A stretch of DNA of 32,000 bases from Alphaproteobacteria bacterium (lineage in GTDB: Bacteria > Pseudomonadota > Alphaproteobacteria > UBA7985 > JAUIBT01): NCBI GenBank assembly GCA_030428565.1, contig JAUIDR010000026.1, forward strand, positions 12,754 to 44,753. Reading direction: 5' to 3'. Below the pieces are notes generated by a model, which was given only the letters and a program-made list of their open reading frames with translations, did not search any database and had not been told where the DNA came from. A program made the position numbers and the translations under genes. This document shows positions 15,394 to 27,478 of this stretch, piece by piece (position 1 is the stretch's first letter; each line of letters begins with the position of its first letter).

Positions 15394-16581
15394 ATGGCTA
15401 AGGAAAAGTTTGAGCGTAATAAACCGCACATGAACATCGGCACCATCGGTCACGTTGACCATGGTAAGACCACGTTGACCGCTGCAATCACCAAGGTAAT
15501 GGCGGAAACTTACGGTGGTGAAGCAACCGATTTCGATAACATCGATAAGGCGCCTGAAGAAAAAGCACGCGGCATCACCATCAACACTGCGCACGTAGAA
15601 TACGAGACTGAGACTCGCCACTACGCGCACGTCGACTGCCCTGGCCACGCTGACTATGTGAAGAACATGATCACTGGTGCGGCTCAGATGGACGGTGCGA
15701 TCCTGGTTGTGAACGCAGCTGACGGCCCAATGCCCCAGACCCGTGAACACATCCTGCTGTCTCGCCAGGTTGGCCTGAAGCACTTGGTTGTATTCCTGAA
15801 CAAGGTTGACCAGGTTGACGATGAAGAGCTGCTCGAGCTGGTTGAAATGGAAGTTCGTGAGCTGCTGTCTGAGTATGAATTCCCCGGCGACGATATTCCG
15901 ATTATCGCAGGTTCTGCTCTGGCGGCTCTGGAAAACCGTGACGACAACATTGGTAAAGACAAGGTTGTCGAGCTGATGAAAGCGGTCGACGACTACTTCC
16001 CCGAGCCCGAGCGCGCGGTCGACGGCGACTTCTTGATGCCGATCGAGGACGTGTTCTCAATTTCTGGCCGTGGTACCGTTGTTACCGGCCGTATTGAGCG
16101 TGGCATCCTGAAGGTTGGCGACGAAATCGAAATCGTTGGTATCCGCGACACTGCGAAGACCACTTGTACCGGCGTTGAGATGTTCCGCAAGCTGCTGGAC
16201 CAGGGCCAGGCTGGCGACAACATTGGTGCCCTGCTGCGTGGTGTGGGTCGTGAAGACGTTGAGCGTGGCCAGGTTCTGGCTAAGCCCGGCTCAATCAAGC
16301 CGCACTCTAAGTTCGAAGCTGAAGCCTACATCCTGACCAAGGATGAAGGTGGCCGTCACACGCCGTTCTTCACAAACTACCGTCCTCAGTTCTACTTCCG
16401 TACAACTGACGTCACCGGTGTTGTGACTCTGCCCGACGGCGTTGAGATGGTTATGCCCGGCGACAACGTGAAAATGAACGTTGAGCTGATCGCGCCGATC
16501 GCGATGGACGAGCAGCTGCGCTTTGCGATCCGTGAAGGTGGCCGTACCGTTGGTGCCGGCGTGGTATCAAAGATCAGCTAA
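15394..16581 (+). CDS. tuf: Elongation factor Tu
   Basis: 395 aa, [34 protein letters not shown]...[26 protein letters not shown]...NKVD. Confidence 0.98.
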   Translation: MAKEKFERNKPHMNIGTIGHVDHGKTTLTAAITKVMAETYGGEATDFDNIDKAPEEKARGITINTAHVEYETETRHYAHVDCPGHADYVKNMITGAAQMDGAILVVNAADGPMPQTREHILLSRQVGLKHLVVFLNKVDQVDDEELLELVEMEVRELLSEYEFPGDDIPIIAGSALAALENRDDNIGKDKVVELMKAVDDYFPEPERAVDGDFLMPIEDVFSISGRGTVVTGRIERGILKVGDEIEIVGIRDTAKTTCTGVEMFRKLLDQGQAGDNIGALLRGVGREDVERGQVLAKPGSIKPHSKFEAEAYILTKDEGGRHTPFFTNYRPQFYFRTTDVTGVVTLPDGVEMVMPGDNVKMNVELIAPIAMDEQLRFAIREGGRTVGAGVVSKIS

Positions 16582-16605
16582 GGTCATTTTTGGCTATTGG
16601 TGAAA

Positions 16606-16632
16606 GCGCCCAGCGGCTAGCTGGGCGTTTTC
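16606..16632 (+). terminator. Terminator/attenuator hairpin between tuf and rpsJ
   Basis: GCGCCCAGC (16606-16614) pairs with GCTGGGCG(T) (16620-16628) around a GGCTA loop, followed by TTTTC. The U-tract is short, so termination is probably partial, acting as an attenuator ahead of the S10 cluster. Confidence 0.55.
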
Positions 16633-16663
16633 TATCCTCAGCAAGACTATTGTAGGTAGAAGA

Positions 16664-16978
16664 ATGGACAGTCAAAACATACGGATACGATTGAAGGCGT
16701 TCGACCATCGTATTTTGGACAACTCGACGCGCGAAATCGTCAACACGGCCAAGCGCACCGGCGCCGAGGTACGTGGTCCTATTCCGCTGCCGACTCGTAT
16801 CGAAAAGTTCACGGTTCTGCGTGGTCCCCACGTCAACAAGAAGAGCCGCGATCAGTTTGAAATCCGCACACACAAGCGGATGTTGGACATTGTAGATCCG
16901 ACGCCCCAGACCGTCGACGCGCTGATGAAGCTCGACCTGGCCTCTGGCGTGGACGTAGAGATTAAGGTTCAAAGCTAA
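16664..16978 (+). CDS. rpsJ: 30S ribosomal protein S10
   Basis: 104 aa, [19 protein letters not shown]...[30 protein letters not shown]. Confidence 0.98.
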   Translation: MDSQNIRIRLKAFDHRILDNSTREIVNTAKRTGAEVRGPIPLPTRIEKFTVLRGPHVNKKSRDQFEIRTHKRMLDIVDPTPQTVDALMKLDLASGVDVEIKVQS

Positions 16979-17730
16979 TGGCAAACCGTACCGGATTGGT
17001 TGCCCGTAAGCTGGGCATGACACGCATTTTCTCCGAGAACGGCACACACGTGCCCGTTACGGTTCTGCAAATGGACGGCTGCCAGGTTGTTGCGCAGCGT
17101 ACGGAAGAAAAAGACGGCTACACCGCTTTGCAGTTGGGTGTTGGCGCTGCGAAAGCCAAGCGCACCAGCAAGCAAATGCGTGGCCACTTTGCTAAGGCCA
17201 ACGTTGAGCCTAAGGCAAAAGTCGTCGAGTTTCGTGTGCCCGCTGAAGGCATGATCGGGGTTGGCCAAGAATTGACCGCCGATCACTTCCAGGTTGGCCA
17301 ATACGTCGATGTGACTGGCACGTCTATCGGTAAAGGTTTTGCCGGTGCCATGAAGCGTCACAACTTCGGCGGCATGCGCGCGACCCACGGTGTGTCTATC
17401 TCACACCGCGCGCACGGCTCTACCGGCCAGTGCCAGGATCCCGGGAAGGTCTTCAAGAACAAGAAGATGGCCGGTCACATGGGTGACGAGCGCGTCACCA
17501 CTTTGAATTTGACCGTCGCGCGCACCGATGTTGAGCGCGGTTTGGTTTTCATCCGCGGCGCTGTTCCTGGCGCTGAGGGGGGCTGGGTTCTGATCCGCGA
17601 TGCGGTCAAGAAGACCATGCCAGAAGATTTGCCGATGCCCGGCGCACACCGCACTTTCGGTGCGGCAGTCGCCGAGACACCAGCAGAAGAAGTTGCTGAA
17701 GAAGCTGCAGACGCAGCGACCGAAGAATAA
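16978..17730 (+). CDS. rplC: 50S ribosomal protein L3
   Basis: 250 aa, [18 protein letters not shown]...[15 protein letters not shown]. The start overlaps the rpsJ stop (TAATG). The C-terminal tail is acidic and Ala/Glu-rich. Confidence 0.97.
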   Translation: MANRTGLVARKLGMTRIFSENGTHVPVTVLQMDGCQVVAQRTEEKDGYTALQLGVGAAKAKRTSKQMRGHFAKANVEPKAKVVEFRVPAEGMIGVGQELTADHFQVGQYVDVTGTSIGKGFAGAMKRHNFGGMRATHGVSISHRAHGSTGQCQDPGKVFKNKKMAGHMGDERVTTLNLTVARTDVERGLVFIRGAVPGAEGGWVLIRDAVKKTMPEDLPMPGAHRTFGAAVAETPAEEVAEEAADAATEE

Positions 17731-17758
17731 GTTTTAGACGAACCGAGGGTAAAGGCTT

Positions 17759-18379
17759 ATGAAAGCGCCAGTGGTCACGATTGACCAGGAGAAAGTCGGT
17801 GAGGTCGAGCTGCTTGACAGCGTGTTCGACACAGCGGTTCGCGCGGACCTGATGCACCGGACGGTGACTTGGCAGTTGGCCAAGCGTCGTCAAGGCACGC
17901 ACAAGGTCAAGACGCGTTCCGAGAACAACCGCACAAAGAAGAAGTTTGGTCGCCAGAAGGGCGGCGGTGGCGCGCGTCACGGCTCACGTAATGCGCACAT
18001 CTTTATCGGTGGTGGTCAAGTCCACGGGCCGACCCCCCGCGATCACGGCTTTGATTTGCAGAAAAAGGTCCGAAAGGCGGCCCTGCGTTCGGCGCTGTCG
18101 TCTAAGCAGCAAGGTGGCCAGTTGATCATCTTGGAAGACGCAAAGCTGGACAGCGGACGCACCCGCGAACTGGCTGCCAAGTTGGCCAAGTTTGACGCTA
18201 AGTCGATCCTGTTCGTAACGGGCGCTGACGTCGACGCAGGCTTTGCCCGCGCGGCGCAAAACCTGATCGGTATCGACGTGCTGCCTCAGCAGGGCGCAAA
18301 CGTCTATGACATCCTGAAGCACGACGCGCTGGTCCTGACCAAGGACGCGGCCGCAGCCCTAGAGGAGCGCCTGTCATGA
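17759..18379 (+). CDS. rplD: 50S ribosomal protein L4
   Basis: 206 aa, with ...[26 protein letters not shown].... Conserved position after rplC. Confidence 0.96.
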   Translation: MKAPVVTIDQEKVGEVELLDSVFDTAVRADLMHRTVTWQLAKRRQGTHKVKTRSENNRTKKKFGRQKGGGGARHGSRNAHIFIGGGQVHGPTPRDHGFDLQKKVRKAALRSALSSKQQGGQLIILEDAKLDSGRTRELAAKLAKFDAKSILFVTGADVDAGFARAAQNLIGIDVLPQQGANVYDILKHDALVLTKDAAAALEERLS

Positions 18380-18723
18380 GCCGTGGTTTGATGCTTACTC
18401 GCCGCGCTAAGGCCCAGCCGAAAGTCGCGGTCTCTGCCGAGCGCAGCTATGAAATTCTGCGTCGTCCCATCGTCACCGAAAAGTCAACCGGTGGTGCTGA
18501 ACACAACCAATACACCTTTGAAGTCGCAATTGATGCCAGCAAGCCAGAGATCAAAGCCTCTGTCGAGAGCATCTTTGGCGTCAAGGTCAAGGCGGTCAAC
18601 ACCTTGATCACCAAGGGTAAAGTCAAGCGTTTCCGTGGACGCCTGGGCCAGCGCTCAGACGTGAAAAAAGCGGTTGTTACGCTGCAAGCCGGCCAGGTCT
18701 TGGACCTGGGTGCCGGGGTGTAA
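18376..18723 (+). CDS. rplW: 50S ribosomal protein L23 (start codon uncertain)
   Basis: The core [14 protein letters not shown]...[41 protein letters not shown] is typical L23. ATG 18376 overlaps the rplD stop (ATGA) and gives 115 aa, about 15 aa longer than usual. ATG 18391 is an alternative start. Confidence 0.9.
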   Translation: MSRGLMLTRRAKAQPKVAVSAERSYEILRRPIVTEKSTGGAEHNQYTFEVAIDASKPEIKASVESIFGVKVKAVNTLITKGKVKRFRGRLGQRSDVKKAVVTLQAGQVLDLGAGV

Positions 18724-18735
18724 GGAGAAACAATC

Positions 18736-19566
18736 ATGCCGATGAAGTCCTACAATCCCGTCACTAATGGCCAGCGTGGTCTGGTTCGTATCGACCGCTC
18801 AGGCCTGTACAAGGGCAAGCCGGTTAAGAACCTGACCGAAGGTCTGACCCGCACTGGCGGTCGTAACAACACGGGCCGTATCACATCTCGCCACATCGGT
18901 GGCGGCCACAAGCGCCGTTACCGCCTGATCGATTTCAAACGTCGCAAGTGGGATATGGCGGCTGAAGTTCAGCGCCTGGAATACGATCCCAACCGCACCG
19001 CTTTTATCGCGCTGCTGCAGTATGAAGATGGCGAGCAAGCTTATATTCTCGCGCCGCAGCGCTTGAAGGTTGGCGATAAGGTTGAAGCCGGCGAAAAGGC
19101 CGACATCAAACCCGGCAACGCGCTGCCTTTGTCTAAAATTCCGGTGGGTACCATCATCCACAACGTCGAGCTGAAGCCTGGTAAGGGTGGTCAGATCGCG
19201 CGTTCGGCTGGCACCTATGTGCAGATTGTTGGTCGCGAGACCGGCTATGCGCAGGTGCGTTTGACCTCCGGCGAGCTGCGTTTGATCCGTCAAGAGTGCA
19301 TGGCCACTGTTGGTGCGGTCTCAAACGCCGAGCACAACAACGAGAACCTTGGTAAAGCCGGTCGTCGGCGCTGGATGGGTTGGCGTCCCCACGTACGTGG
19401 TGTTGTCATGAACCCCATCGACCACCCGCACGGTGGTGGTGAAGGCCGTACCTCAGGTGGTCGTCACCCTGTGACACCTTGGGGCAAACCGACTAAGGGC
19501 AAGCGGACACGCAGCAATAAGAAGACAGATCGTCTGATTATGCGCTCACGTCACGCTCGTAAGTAA
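18736..19566 (+). CDS. rplB: 50S ribosomal protein L2
   Basis: 276 aa, [17 protein letters not shown]...[15 protein letters not shown]...[25 protein letters not shown]. Confidence 0.98.
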   Translation: MPMKSYNPVTNGQRGLVRIDRSGLYKGKPVKNLTEGLTRTGGRNNTGRITSRHIGGGHKRRYRLIDFKRRKWDMAAEVQRLEYDPNRTAFIALLQYEDGEQAYILAPQRLKVGDKVEAGEKADIKPGNALPLSKIPVGTIIHNVELKPGKGGQIARSAGTYVQIVGRETGYAQVRLTSGELRLIRQECMATVGAVSNAEHNNENLGKAGRRRWMGWRPHVRGVVMNPIDHPHGGGEGRTSGGRHPVTPWGKPTKGKRTRSNKKTDRLIMRSRHARK

Positions 19567-19584
19567 AGAAGAGGCGATACCAAC

Positions 19585-19863
19585 ATGGCTCGTTCAGTCT
19601 GGAAAGGCCCTTTTGTCGACGGCTACCTGCTTAAGAAAGTAGAAGCTGTTCGTTCATCGGGCAAAAATGAAGTGATCAAGACTTGGTCACGTCGATCTAC
19701 AATTGTACCGCCCTTCGTTGGGCAAACTTTTGGCGTTTACAACGGCAAACAGTTCATCCCTGTTTTGGTCACTGAAGAAATGGTCGGCCACAAGCTGGGT
19801 GAATTCGCTCCGACCCGTACCTACTACGGTCACGGCGTCGATAAAAAAGCCAAGCGCAGATAA
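19585..19863 (+). CDS. rpsS: 30S ribosomal protein S19
   Basis: 92 aa, [18 protein letters not shown]...[33 protein letters not shown]. Confidence 0.98.
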   Translation: MARSVWKGPFVDGYLLKKVEAVRSSGKNEVIKTWSRRSTIVPPFVGQTFGVYNGKQFIPVLVTEEMVGHKLGEFAPTRTYYGHGVDKKAKRR

Positions 19864-19878
19864 GAAGGACGTATCTCA

Positions 19879-20268
19879 ATGGGTAAGATTTCCAGAGAGC
19901 GTCAGCTGGCTGATAACGAGGCCGCGGCAACGCTCAAAATGTTGAAGACCAGCCCTCAGAAGCTGAACTTGGTCGCGGGTCTGATCCGCGGCAAGTCAGC
20001 CGAAAAGGCGCTGGCGGATCTGACTTTCTCTAAGCGTCGCGTCGCTCAAGACGTGAAAAAGTGCTTGGAGAGCGCGGTTGCGAACGCAACCAACAACCAC
20101 GACCTGGACCCCGACAAGTTGATTGTCGCCGAGGCTTGGGTTGGCAAGAGCATGGTTCTCAAGCGCTTCCGTGCCCGCGCTCGCGGTCGTATTGGACGCA
20201 TCTTGAAGCCTTTTAGCCGGATTACCATTGTGGTCCGCGAAATCGAAGACCAGAAGGAAGCCGCCTAA
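19879..20268 (+). CDS. rplV: 50S ribosomal protein L22
   Basis: 129 aa, ...[40 protein letters not shown]...[25 protein letters not shown]. Confidence 0.97.
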   Translation: MGKISRERQLADNEAAATLKMLKTSPQKLNLVAGLIRGKSAEKALADLTFSKRRVAQDVKKCLESAVANATNNHDLDPDKLIVAEAWVGKSMVLKRFRARARGRIGRILKPFSRITIVVREIEDQKEAA

Positions 20269-20954
20269 TGGGTCAGAAGGTTAATCCAATTTCAATCCGC
20301 TTGGGTGTCAACCGCACCTGGGATTCGCGTTGGTACGCAAACCCGAAGGACTACATGGGTCTGCTGCACGAAGACTATAAGCTGCAGGATTACGTCAAGT
20401 CCAAGCTGAAGCAAGCGGCTGTCTCTCGTGTCATCGTCGAGCGCCAGGCTAAGAAGCCGCGCGTGACCATCTATTCAGGCCGCCCCGGTGTCATCATCGG
20501 CAAGAAGGGCGCTGACATTGAGAAACTGCGCAAAGAGCTGCAGAACCTCTGTGGTCAAGAAGTGGCGATCAACATCGTTGAGATCCGCAAGCCCGAGATG
20601 GACGCCCAGTTGGCAGCCGAGAGCGTTGCTCAGCAGTTGGAGCGCCGCGTTTCTTTCCGTCGTGCGCTGAAGCGTACCGTTCAGAACGCTATGCGTTTGG
20701 GCGCTGAAGGCGTTCGTTTGAACGTTGCCGGTCGTCTGGGCGGCGCTGAGATCGCCCGTACCGAGTGGTACCGCGAAGGCCGTGTGCCGCTGCACACCCT
20801 GCGCGCTGACATCGACTACGGTTTTGCAGAAGCGCTGACCACTTACGGCATCATTGGCGTCAAGTGTTGGATCTATAAAGGCGAGATCATGGAGCACGAT
20901 CCCATGGGCCACGATCGCCGTATCACTGAAATGCAAGGATCTGGGGCTCGCTAA
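20268..20954 (+). CDS. rpsC: 30S ribosomal protein S3
   Basis: 228 aa, [24 protein letters not shown]...[31 protein letters not shown]. The start overlaps the rplV stop (TAATG). Confidence 0.98.
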   Translation: MGQKVNPISIRLGVNRTWDSRWYANPKDYMGLLHEDYKLQDYVKSKLKQAAVSRVIVERQAKKPRVTIYSGRPGVIIGKKGADIEKLRKELQNLCGQEVAINIVEIRKPEMDAQLAAESVAQQLERRVSFRRALKRTVQNAMRLGAEGVRLNVAGRLGGAEIARTEWYREGRVPLHTLRADIDYGFAEALTTYGIIGVKCWIYKGEIMEHDPMGHDRRITEMQGSGAR

Positions 20955-20993
20955 GCGGGTCCTTGATCGCGTTAGACAAGGAGATTAAGAAAC

Positions 20994-21410
20994 ATGCTTA
21001 GTCCCAAGAGAACCAAGTACCGCAAGGCCTTTAAGGGCCGTCTGCGTGGTCAAGCCAAAGGCGGCTACGAGCTGAACTTTGGCTCTTACGGTCTGAAAGC
21101 CACGACCTCTGAGCGTGTGACTGCCCGCCAGATCGAGGCCAGCCGTCGTGCCATCACCCGCCGCATGCGTCGTGTTGGTAAGCTGTGGATTCGCGTATTC
21201 CCCGACCTGCCTGTTTCCAGCAAGCCCGCTGAAGTCCGTCAGGGTAAAGGTAAGGGTTCACCGGATTACTGGGCTGTTCGCGTTGCACCGGGCCGCATCC
21301 TGTTCGAGCTGGACGGTGTTCCCCGCGATATCGCTGAAGATGCCTTCCGCCTGGCTGCTGCCAAGCTGCCGGTCAAGACACGCTTCATCGAGCGTATCGG
21401 CGCGCAGTAA
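20994..21410 (+). CDS. rplP: 50S ribosomal protein L16
   Basis: 138 aa, [19 protein letters not shown]...[41 protein letters not shown]. Confidence 0.98.
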   Translation: MLSPKRTKYRKAFKGRLRGQAKGGYELNFGSYGLKATTSERVTARQIEASRRAITRRMRRVGKLWIRVFPDLPVSSKPAEVRQGKGKGSPDYWAVRVAPGRILFELDGVPRDIAEDAFRLAAAKLPVKTRFIERIGAQ

Positions 21411-21422
21411 GGAGAGTCAGAC

Positions 21423-21623
21423 ATGTCAAAAGCAAGTGAGCTGCGCGAAAAGTCAGCCGACGATCTGAAGAAGACCGTTCTGGACCTGCGCAAAGAAAAA
21501 TTGAACCTGCGTTTTCAGCAAGCTGGCCTTCAGTTGCAGAAGACTTCAGAAGTGCGTCGTGTGCGTCGGGACATCGCCCGCGCGAAGACCATTCTGAGCG
21601 AAAAGCAAAACGCTAAAGGATAA
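21423..21623 (+). CDS. rpmC: 50S ribosomal protein L29
   Basis: 66 aa, [32 protein letters not shown]... Conserved position. Confidence 0.95.
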   Translation: MSKASELREKSADDLKKTVLDLRKEKLNLRFQQAGLQLQKTSEVRRVRRDIARAKTILSEKQNAKG

Positions 21624-21632
21624 GGAAAAGCC

Positions 21633-21875
21633 ATGCCCAAGCGCGTATTGCAAGGCCGGGTCGTCAGCAACAAGACCGACAAAACAGCCACCGTGCTGGT
21701 TGAACGTCGCGTGATGCACCCCATCTACCGCAAGTTCATTAAGCGTACGAAAAAGTACGCGGCGCACGACCCCGAAAATCGCTGTAGCATCGGCGATTAC
21801 GTGCGCATTGAAGAAACCGCACCCATCTCCAAGACCAAGACTTGGAAGGTGCTGTTTGATGAGACAACCGCCTAA
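21633..21875 (+). CDS. rpsQ: 30S ribosomal protein S17
   Basis: 80 aa, [46 protein letters not shown]. Confidence 0.97.
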   Translation: MPKRVLQGRVVSNKTDKTATVLVERRVMHPIYRKFIKRTKKYAAHDPENRCSIGDYVRIEETAPISKTKTWKVLFDETTA

Positions 21876-21932
21876 GCCGCCGTCTGGGCTAGGAACGGTT
21901 TTTGGACAGACGATTTTTAAAGGGTAACTGCC

Positions 21933-22301
21933 ATGATTCAGATGCAAACCAACTTGGAGGTCGCCGATAACTCCGGCGCGCGCCGAGTGCAGTGCATCAA
22001 GGTTCTGGGCGGCTCGAAGCGGCGCTTTGCGTCGGTGGGTGATGTGATTGTGGTGTCTGTGAAAGATGCCTCACCCCGCGGCCGTGTCAAGAAAGGTGAT
22101 GTACGTCGTGCGGTAATCGTGCGGACTGCAAAGGACGTGATGCGTCCTGACGGTTCTGCGATCCGCTTTGACACCAATGCCGCTGTGTTGATCAACAAGA
22201 GCAACGAGCCAATCGGTACACGTATCTTCGGCCCCATTCCTCGTGAATTGCGTGGCAAGAACTTCATGAAGATCATCTCTTTGGCCCCCGAGGTTCTGTA
22301 G
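21933..22301 (+). CDS. rplN: 50S ribosomal protein L14
   Basis: 122 aa, [28 protein letters not shown]...IRFD.NAAVLIN....[13 protein letters not shown]. Confidence 0.98.
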   Translation: MIQMQTNLEVADNSGARRVQCIKVLGGSKRRFASVGDVIVVSVKDASPRGRVKKGDVRRAVIVRTAKDVMRPDGSAIRFDTNAAVLINKSNEPIGTRIFGPIPRELRGKNFMKIISLAPEVL

Positions 22302-22316
22302 GACAGAGAAAAGCTA

Positions 22317-22649
22317 ATGGCAGCAAAAATTAAACGCGGTGATAAGGTCATGGTCATGACCGGTCGGTCCAAGGGACAGACCGGTGTTGTGACCCAGGTC
22401 ATCACCGAGACCGGACGCGCACTTGTTGAAGGCGTGAACATGGTCACCAAGCACCAAAAGCCCAGCCAGACCGCAGCCGGCGGCCTAGTGCAAAAAGAAG
22501 CTTCTTTGGACCTGTCGAACCTGATGGTTCTGGACCCTTCTGATGACAAGCCGACCCGCGTTGGTTTCCGCATCGAAGATGACGGCAGCAAAGTGCGCGT
22601 ATCCAAGCGCAGCGGCACCGTTATTCCCGAACCCGACTGGAGGGCCTAA
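22317..22649 (+). CDS. rplX: 50S ribosomal protein L24
   Basis: 110 aa, [25 protein letters not shown] (KOW motif). Conserved position. Confidence 0.96.
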   Translation: MAAKIKRGDKVMVMTGRSKGQTGVVTQVITETGRALVEGVNMVTKHQKPSQTAAGGLVQKEASLDLSNLMVLDPSDDKPTRVGFRIEDDGSKVRVSKRSGTVIPEPDWRA

Positions 22650-22652
22650 GGC

Positions 22653-23195
22653 GTGGCACGTTTAAAAGACCACTACAATGACGTCGTGCGCGGCAAGTTG
22701 CAGGAGCAGTTCTCTTACCAGAACGTCATGCAGATCCCCCGCCTGCAAAAGATCGTTGTCAACATGGGCGTTGGCGAAGCGGTTGCTGACAAGAAAAAGC
22801 TGGATGCTGCAATCGCGGACATGGCTTTGATCACCGGTCAAAAGCCGGTCGCAACAGCGGCTCGCAACTCCATCGCGGGCTTCAAGCTTCGTGAAGGCAT
22901 GAAGATCGGCTGTAAAGTCACACTGCGCGGCGAGCGCATGTACGAATTCTTGGATCGCCTGGTGAACATCGCCATGCCCCGTATTCGTGACTTCCGCGGC
23001 ACCAATCCCAAGGCTTTCGACGGCCGTGGCAACTACGCACTGGGTCTTAAAGAGCAGTTGATCTTCCCCGAGATCGACTACGACAAGATCGACCAGGTTC
23101 GTGGTATGGACATCGTTTTCGTGACCTCGGCTAATACGAACGAAGAAGCCAAGGCATTGTTGGAGGGTTTTGATATGCCCTTCAGCAAGTCGTAA
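22653..23195 (+). CDS. rplE: 50S ribosomal protein L5 (GTG start)
   Basis: 180 aa, (M)[42 protein letters not shown]...RDFRG...[23 protein letters not shown] at 22653 lies 3 nt after the rplX stop. Confidence 0.97.
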   Translation: MARLKDHYNDVVRGKLQEQFSYQNVMQIPRLQKIVVNMGVGEAVADKKKLDAAIADMALITGQKPVATAARNSIAGFKLREGMKIGCKVTLRGERMYEFLDRLVNIAMPRIRDFRGTNPKAFDGRGNYALGLKEQLIFPEIDYDKIDQVRGMDIVFVTSANTNEEAKALLEGFDMPFSKS

Positions 23196-23207
23196 GGAGA
23201 GGCTGTT

Positions 23208-23513
23208 ATGGCTAAAAAAGGTATGATCGAGCGCGAAAAGAAGCGGGCCGCCAACGTGGCGCGTCTGGCTGAAAAGCGCGCTACCCTCAAGGCACAGGCC
23301 AAGGATATGAACTTGGCTCCTGAGGAGCGTTTCTTGGCGCAATTGAAGCTGGCAAAGTTGCCGCGTTCTTCTTCGAAGGTGCGCATGCACAACCGTTGTT
23401 TGCTGACCGGACGTCCCCACGGCTACTACCGCCGTTTGGGCATGTCTCGTATTGCGCTGCGTGAGTTGGGATCTGCAGGTAAGATTCCCGGCATGACGAA
23501 ATCAAGCTGGTAA
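23208..23513 (+). CDS. rpsN: 30S ribosomal protein S14 (long form lacking the zinc ribbon)
   Basis: 101 aa, [13 protein letters not shown]...[43 protein letters not shown]. It has a single Cys, so this is not the CxxC...CxxC short form. Confidence 0.97.
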   Translation: MAKKGMIEREKKRAANVARLAEKRATLKAQAKDMNLAPEERFLAQLKLAKLPRSSSKVRMHNRCLLTGRPHGYYRRLGMSRIALRELGSAGKIPGMTKSSW

Positions 23514-23526
23514 GGGAGGAAAGTAC

Positions 23527-23925
23527 ATGTCTTTATCTGATCCTCTCGGCGATTTGCTGACCCGTATCCGCAACGGCCAGATGGCTAAATTGTCCAAAAT
23601 CACCTCGCCAGCATCAAAGCTGCGCGCGGGCGTTTTGGACGTATTGCGCGACGAAGGTTACATCCGTGGCTACACCACCTCTGAGGTCCGCAAGGGCATT
23701 TCTCAGCTGGAAATCGAACTGAAGTACTTCGATGGCGAGCCCGTCATCCGCGAAATCGCGCGTGAATCGACACCGGGTCGTCGCAAGTACTCTGGCATCA
23801 AAGACCTGCAGCGTTACCGCGGCGGTCTTGGCACCTACATTCTGTCAACGCCCAAGGGTGTTATGTCAGACGCGAAGGCTCGCCAAGAGAACGTCGGCGG
23901 CGAACTGTTGTGCCGCGTGTTCTAA
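23527..23925 (+). CDS. rpsH: 30S ribosomal protein S8
   Basis: 132 aa, [20 protein letters not shown]...[33 protein letters not shown]. Confidence 0.98.
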   Translation: MSLSDPLGDLLTRIRNGQMAKLSKITSPASKLRAGVLDVLRDEGYIRGYTTSEVRKGISQLEIELKYFDGEPVIREIARESTPGRRKYSGIKDLQRYRGGLGTYILSTPKGVMSDAKARQENVGGELLCRVF

Positions 23926-23935
23926 GGAGTAGAGA

Positions 23936-24469
23936 ATGTCTCGTGTAGGTAAGAACCCGGTCGATGTTCCCAGCGGCGTTGAAGTCAACGTTAAGGGATC
24001 TGTGGTCTCGGCTAAAGGCAAGTTGGGTGAGCTGAGTTATGAGTTCCCCGCTTGCATCGGCGTCGCGTTGGAAGACGGCAAGGTTGTCGTTTCTCCGGCC
24101 GACAATTCTAAGCATGCGCGTGCCATGTGGGGCACCGCGCGTGCGCGTATCGCAAACCTGGTCGATGGTGTCTCTAAGGGCTTTGAAAAGCGCCTGGAGC
24201 TGGTCGGCGTCGGCTACCGTGCTCAGATGAAGGGCACGGACGTGAATTTGCAGTTGGGCTATTCGCACGACGTGCTGTTCAAGATTCCCGCTGGCGTCAC
24301 CGCTGCCACCGACGGCCCGACCCAGATCATTCTGACCGGTGCTGACAAGCAGAAGGTCGGACAGGTCGCGGCTGAAATTCGTGCATGGCGCTCTCCTGAG
24401 CCTTACAAAGGCAAGGGTGTTCGCTACCAGGGCGAATACGTAATGATGAAAGAAGGGAAGAAGAAGTAG
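23936..24469 (+). CDS. rplF: 50S ribosomal protein L6
   Basis: 177 aa, [24 protein letters not shown]...[19 protein letters not shown]...[13 protein letters not shown]. Confidence 0.97.
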   Translation: MSRVGKNPVDVPSGVEVNVKGSVVSAKGKLGELSYEFPACIGVALEDGKVVVSPADNSKHARAMWGTARARIANLVDGVSKGFEKRLELVGVGYRAQMKGTDVNLQLGYSHDVLFKIPAGVTAATDGPTQIILTGADKQKVGQVAAEIRAWRSPEPYKGKGVRYQGEYVMMKEGKKK

Positions 24470-24471
24470 CC

Positions 24472-24834
24472 ATGGCGAACGCACGGAAACTCTTCGTTCA
24501 ACGCAAAATGCGCACACGCGCTCAATTGCGTCGCAAGGCCAATGGCCGCCCTCGCTTGTCTGTTTTCCGCTCTGGCCGGAACATCTATGCGCAGGTCATC
24601 AACGATGTTGAAGGCAAGACCGTTGCTTCTGCATCGACGATGGACAAAGCGCTGCGTGGCGACATCACCAAGCCTTGGTCAGTAGAAGCCGCTAGCGAGG
24701 TGGGCAAGGCTGTTGCCGAGCGCGCTAAGGAAGCTGGTGTTACCCAAGTGGCCTTCGACCGTGGTGCTTACCGCTTCCACGGCCGCGTAAAAGCCTTGGC
24801 TGAAGCCGCCCGCGAAGCCGGCCTTGAGTTCTAA
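24472..24834 (+). CDS. rplR: 50S ribosomal protein L18
   Basis: 120 aa, ...[31 protein letters not shown]...[28 protein letters not shown]. Confidence 0.97.
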   Translation: MANARKLFVQRKMRTRAQLRRKANGRPRLSVFRSGRNIYAQVINDVEGKTVASASTMDKALRGDITKPWSVEAASEVGKAVAERAKEAGVTQVAFDRGAYRFHGRVKALAEAAREAGLEF

Positions 24835-24861
24835 GGGCGACGGAAATCTAAGGAGAGATAC

Positions 24862-25410
24862 ATGGCCCGAGGTCAAAAAGAAGAACGGCAACAGCGCGAA
24901 GATAGCGACCTGGTAGAAAAGCTGGTCGCCATCAACCGTGTTGCCAAGACAGTAAAGGGTGGTCGTAACTTCGCGTTCGCTGCTCTGGTCGTTGTCGGCG
25001 ACGGCAAAGGCCGCGTTGGTCACGGTCACGGCAAGGCGAAGGAAGTTCCTGAAGCCATCCGTAAGGCAACCGAGACCGCCAAAAAGGCAATGATCCGCGT
25101 TCCGCTGCGCGAAGGCCGCACGCTGCACCACGACGTTGATGGTCGTTTCGGTGCCGGTAAAGTGGTCTGCCGTACCGCGCCCGCGGGTACAGGCATCATC
25201 GCCGGTGGTCCCTCACGCGCCGTATTTGAAGCCCTGGGCGTCAGCGACGTGGTTTCCAAGTCAAAGGGTTCATCGAACCCCTACAACTTGGTGCGTGCTA
25301 CTTTCCAGGCTTTGGAGCAGAACCAAAACCCCCGCCAAGTGGCTCAGCGCCGCGGCAAGCGCCAGCAAGACATCTTGCAACAGCGTGGCGGCGACCTGGT
25401 AGAGGAGTAA
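24862..25410 (+). CDS. rpsE: 30S ribosomal protein S5
   Basis: 182 aa, ...[53 protein letters not shown]...[28 protein letters not shown]. Confidence 0.97.
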   Translation: MARGQKEERQQREDSDLVEKLVAINRVAKTVKGGRNFAFAALVVVGDGKGRVGHGHGKAKEVPEAIRKATETAKKAMIRVPLREGRTLHHDVDGRFGAGKVVCRTAPAGTGIIAGGPSRAVFEALGVSDVVSKSKGSSNPYNLVRATFQALEQNQNPRQVAQRRGKRQQDILQQRGGDLVEE

Positions 25411-25416
25411 GACGGC

Positions 25417-25599
25417 ATGGCGAAGAAGACTGTTACCGTTAAGCTGACCGGCAGCCACTGCAAATGTACCGCCAAGCAAAAGGGCAACCTGCTGGGCTTG
25501 GGTCTGAAAAAGCGCGAGACCGTTCGCACTTTGGAAGATACGCCGGCGGTCCGTGGCATGATCAACAAGGTAAGCCACCTTGTAACCGTATTGGATTAA
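25417..25599 (+). CDS. rpmD: 50S ribosomal protein L30
   Basis: 60 aa, [13 protein letters not shown]...[34 protein letters not shown]. Conserved position between rpsE and rplO. Confidence 0.93.
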   Translation: MAKKTVTVKLTGSHCKCTAKQKGNLLGLGLKKRETVRTLEDTPAVRGMINKVSHLVTVLD

Positions 25600-25603
25600 G
25601 ACC

Positions 25604-26086
25604 ATGAAACTGAACGAACTTCGAGACAATTTGGGCGCTCGCAAGTCGCGCTCTCGCGTGGGTCGCGGTATCGGCTCGGGCATGGGCAAGACCTCGACGT
25701 CTGGTGTTAAGGGTCAAAAGGCACGCTCAGGCGTGGCGATCAACGGCTTCGAGGGTGGTCAGATGCCCTTGTACCGTCGCTTGCCCAAGTTTGGCTTTAA
25801 GCGCCCCAACGCACCGGTTTTCGCGGAAATCACCACCGGACGCTTGCAGCGTGCGATCGACGCGGGCCGTCTGGCAAGCGATGGCACCATCGACGCAGCC
25901 GCTCTGAAAGCGGCGGGCGTTGTCAAGCACACCCGCGATGGCGTTCGCTTGCTCAATAAGGGCGAGTTGAAAGCCAAGCTGAGCCTGTCTGTTGCAGGCG
26001 CAAGCGCTGGCGCCAAAGCGGCTGTTGAAGCCGCTGGCGGTAGCGTTGAGATCGTCGCCAAAGCGGCGGCTGACAGCGAAAACTAA
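25604..26086 (+). CDS. rplO: 50S ribosomal protein L15
   Basis: 160 aa, [43 protein letters not shown]....[16 protein letters not shown]. Confidence 0.97.
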   Translation: MKLNELRDNLGARKSRSRVGRGIGSGMGKTSTSGVKGQKARSGVAINGFEGGQMPLYRRLPKFGFKRPNAPVFAEITTGRLQRAIDAGRLASDGTIDAAALKAAGVVKHTRDGVRLLNKGELKAKLSLSVAGASAGAKAAVEAAGGSVEIVAKAAADSEN

Positions 26087-26098
26087 GGATTAGGCAAC

Positions 26099-27478
26099 AT
26101 GGCATCAGCTGCCGAACAACTGGCTGCGAACTTTCGTTTCGGCTCCTTTTTCAAGGCAGGCGACCTGCGTGACCGGCTCTTGTTTACGCTGGGTGCCTTG
26201 TTGATCTATCGCTTGGGCACCTATGTGCCGCTGCCCGGCATCGACGCCGATGCCATGGCTGATCTGTTTAGCCAGATGAGCGGCGGCATCCTCGGCAACT
26301 TGAACCTGTTCGCCGGTGGCGCGGTATCGCGTATGTCGATCTTTGCGCTGTCGATCCTGCCCTACATCTCGGCCTCGATCATCATGCAGCTTATGCAAGC
26401 GGTGTCGCCATCGCTGGAAGCCATGAAGAAAGAGGGCGAGTCGGGCCGTCGCAAGCTCAACCAATACACCCGTTACTTGACCGTTGTTTTGGCCATGGGC
26501 CAAGCCCTGGGCATCGCCTACGGCCTGGAGAGCTCGACTTCAGCCTCCAACCCGTTGGTCATCGACCCGGGCATGTTTTTCCGTATTCAGACCGTGGTCA
26601 CGCTGGCGGGCGGTACCGTCTTCTTGATGTGGCTCGGTGAACAAATCACCTCACGCGGTATTGGCAACGGCATCTCTTTGATCATTTTCACCGGTATTAT
26701 CGCCCAAATGCCGCGCGCGCTTGGGCAAATCCTGGAGACAGTGCAGCAGACCGATCAGGCGCTGTTGTCGCTGCTGGTGGTCGTGGTGGTCATTGCACTG
26801 GTGTTCTTTGTCGTCTTTATCGAACGCAGCTTCCGCCAGATCGTGGTTCAGTACCCCAAGCGGGTGGTAGGCAACCGTCAGACAGAAGGCCAGACCCAGT
26901 ACCTGCCACTAAAGCTGAACACCGTGGGTGTGATCCCCGTGATCTTTGCGTCTAGCTTGCTGATCATGCCGCAGACCATTGTTAGCTTTGGCGTTGGCGT
27001 CGAAAACGAATGGCTCAATGTGATCTTGTCTCAAATGGGACGCGGTCAGCCGGGCTTTATTATCTTGTTCGGCGCCCTGATCATGTTCTTCGCCTTCTTC
27101 TATACAGCGATCGTCTTTAATCCGAACGAGACCGCTGAAAACCTGAAGAAGGGCGGCGGCTACGTGCCGGGTGTGCGCCCTGGCAAGAACACCGCGATCT
27201 ATTTGGACTACGTCCTGTCGCGCCTGACCGTGGTAGGCGCCGTCTATCTGGCCTTCGTTGCGCTGCTGCCCGAGATTTGGGCAGGTGCGTCCAGCTCGGC
27301 ACTGATCTTTGGCGGTACTTCCATCCTGATCGTCGTGTCTGTCACCATCGATACGGTGCAGCAGATCCAGTCGCACATGATTGCTCAGCAGTACGAGAGC
27401 TTGCTGGCCAAGCAGCGCCTGCGTAGCGGCGATAAAAAAGACACACCCAAGAAGACACGCCGGAGAACGCGTCGATGA
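26099..27478 (+). CDS. secY: Preprotein translocase subunit SecY
   Basis: 459 aa, polytopic and hydrophobic, with SecY motifs (...[24 protein letters not shown]...[19 protein letters not shown]...[14 protein letters not shown]...[20 protein letters not shown]...). The C-terminal tail is basic. Confidence 0.97.
   Translation: MASAAEQLAANFRFGSFFKAGDLRDRLLFTLGALLIYRLGTYVPLPGIDADAMADLFSQMSGGILGNLNLFAGGAVSRMSIFALSILPYISASIIMQLMQAVSPSLEAMKKEGESGRRKLNQYTRYLTVVLAMGQALGIAYGLESSTSASNPLVIDPGMFFRIQTVVTLAGGTVFLMWLGEQITSRGIGNGISLIIFTGIIAQMPRALGQILETVQQTDQALLSLLVVVVVIALVFFVVFIERSFRQIVVQYPKRVVGNRQTEGQTQYLPLKLNTVGVIPVIFASSLLIMPQTIVSFGVGVENEWLNVILSQMGRGQPGFIILFGALIMFFAFFYTAIVFNPNETAENLKKGGGYVPGVRPGKNTAIYLDYVLSRLTVVGAVYLAFVALLPEIWAGASSSALIFGGTSILIVVSVTIDTVQQIQSHMIAQQYESLLAKQRLRSGDKKDTPKKTRRRTRR

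Noticed and set aside
18376-18450. A ~15-aa N-terminal extension on L23 ([23 protein letters not shown]...)
   Set aside because: This is most likely just start-codon ambiguity or a lineage-specific basic tail. ATG 18376 overlaps the rplD stop and ATG 18391 is the alternative. I note it in the feature but do not consider it a finding.
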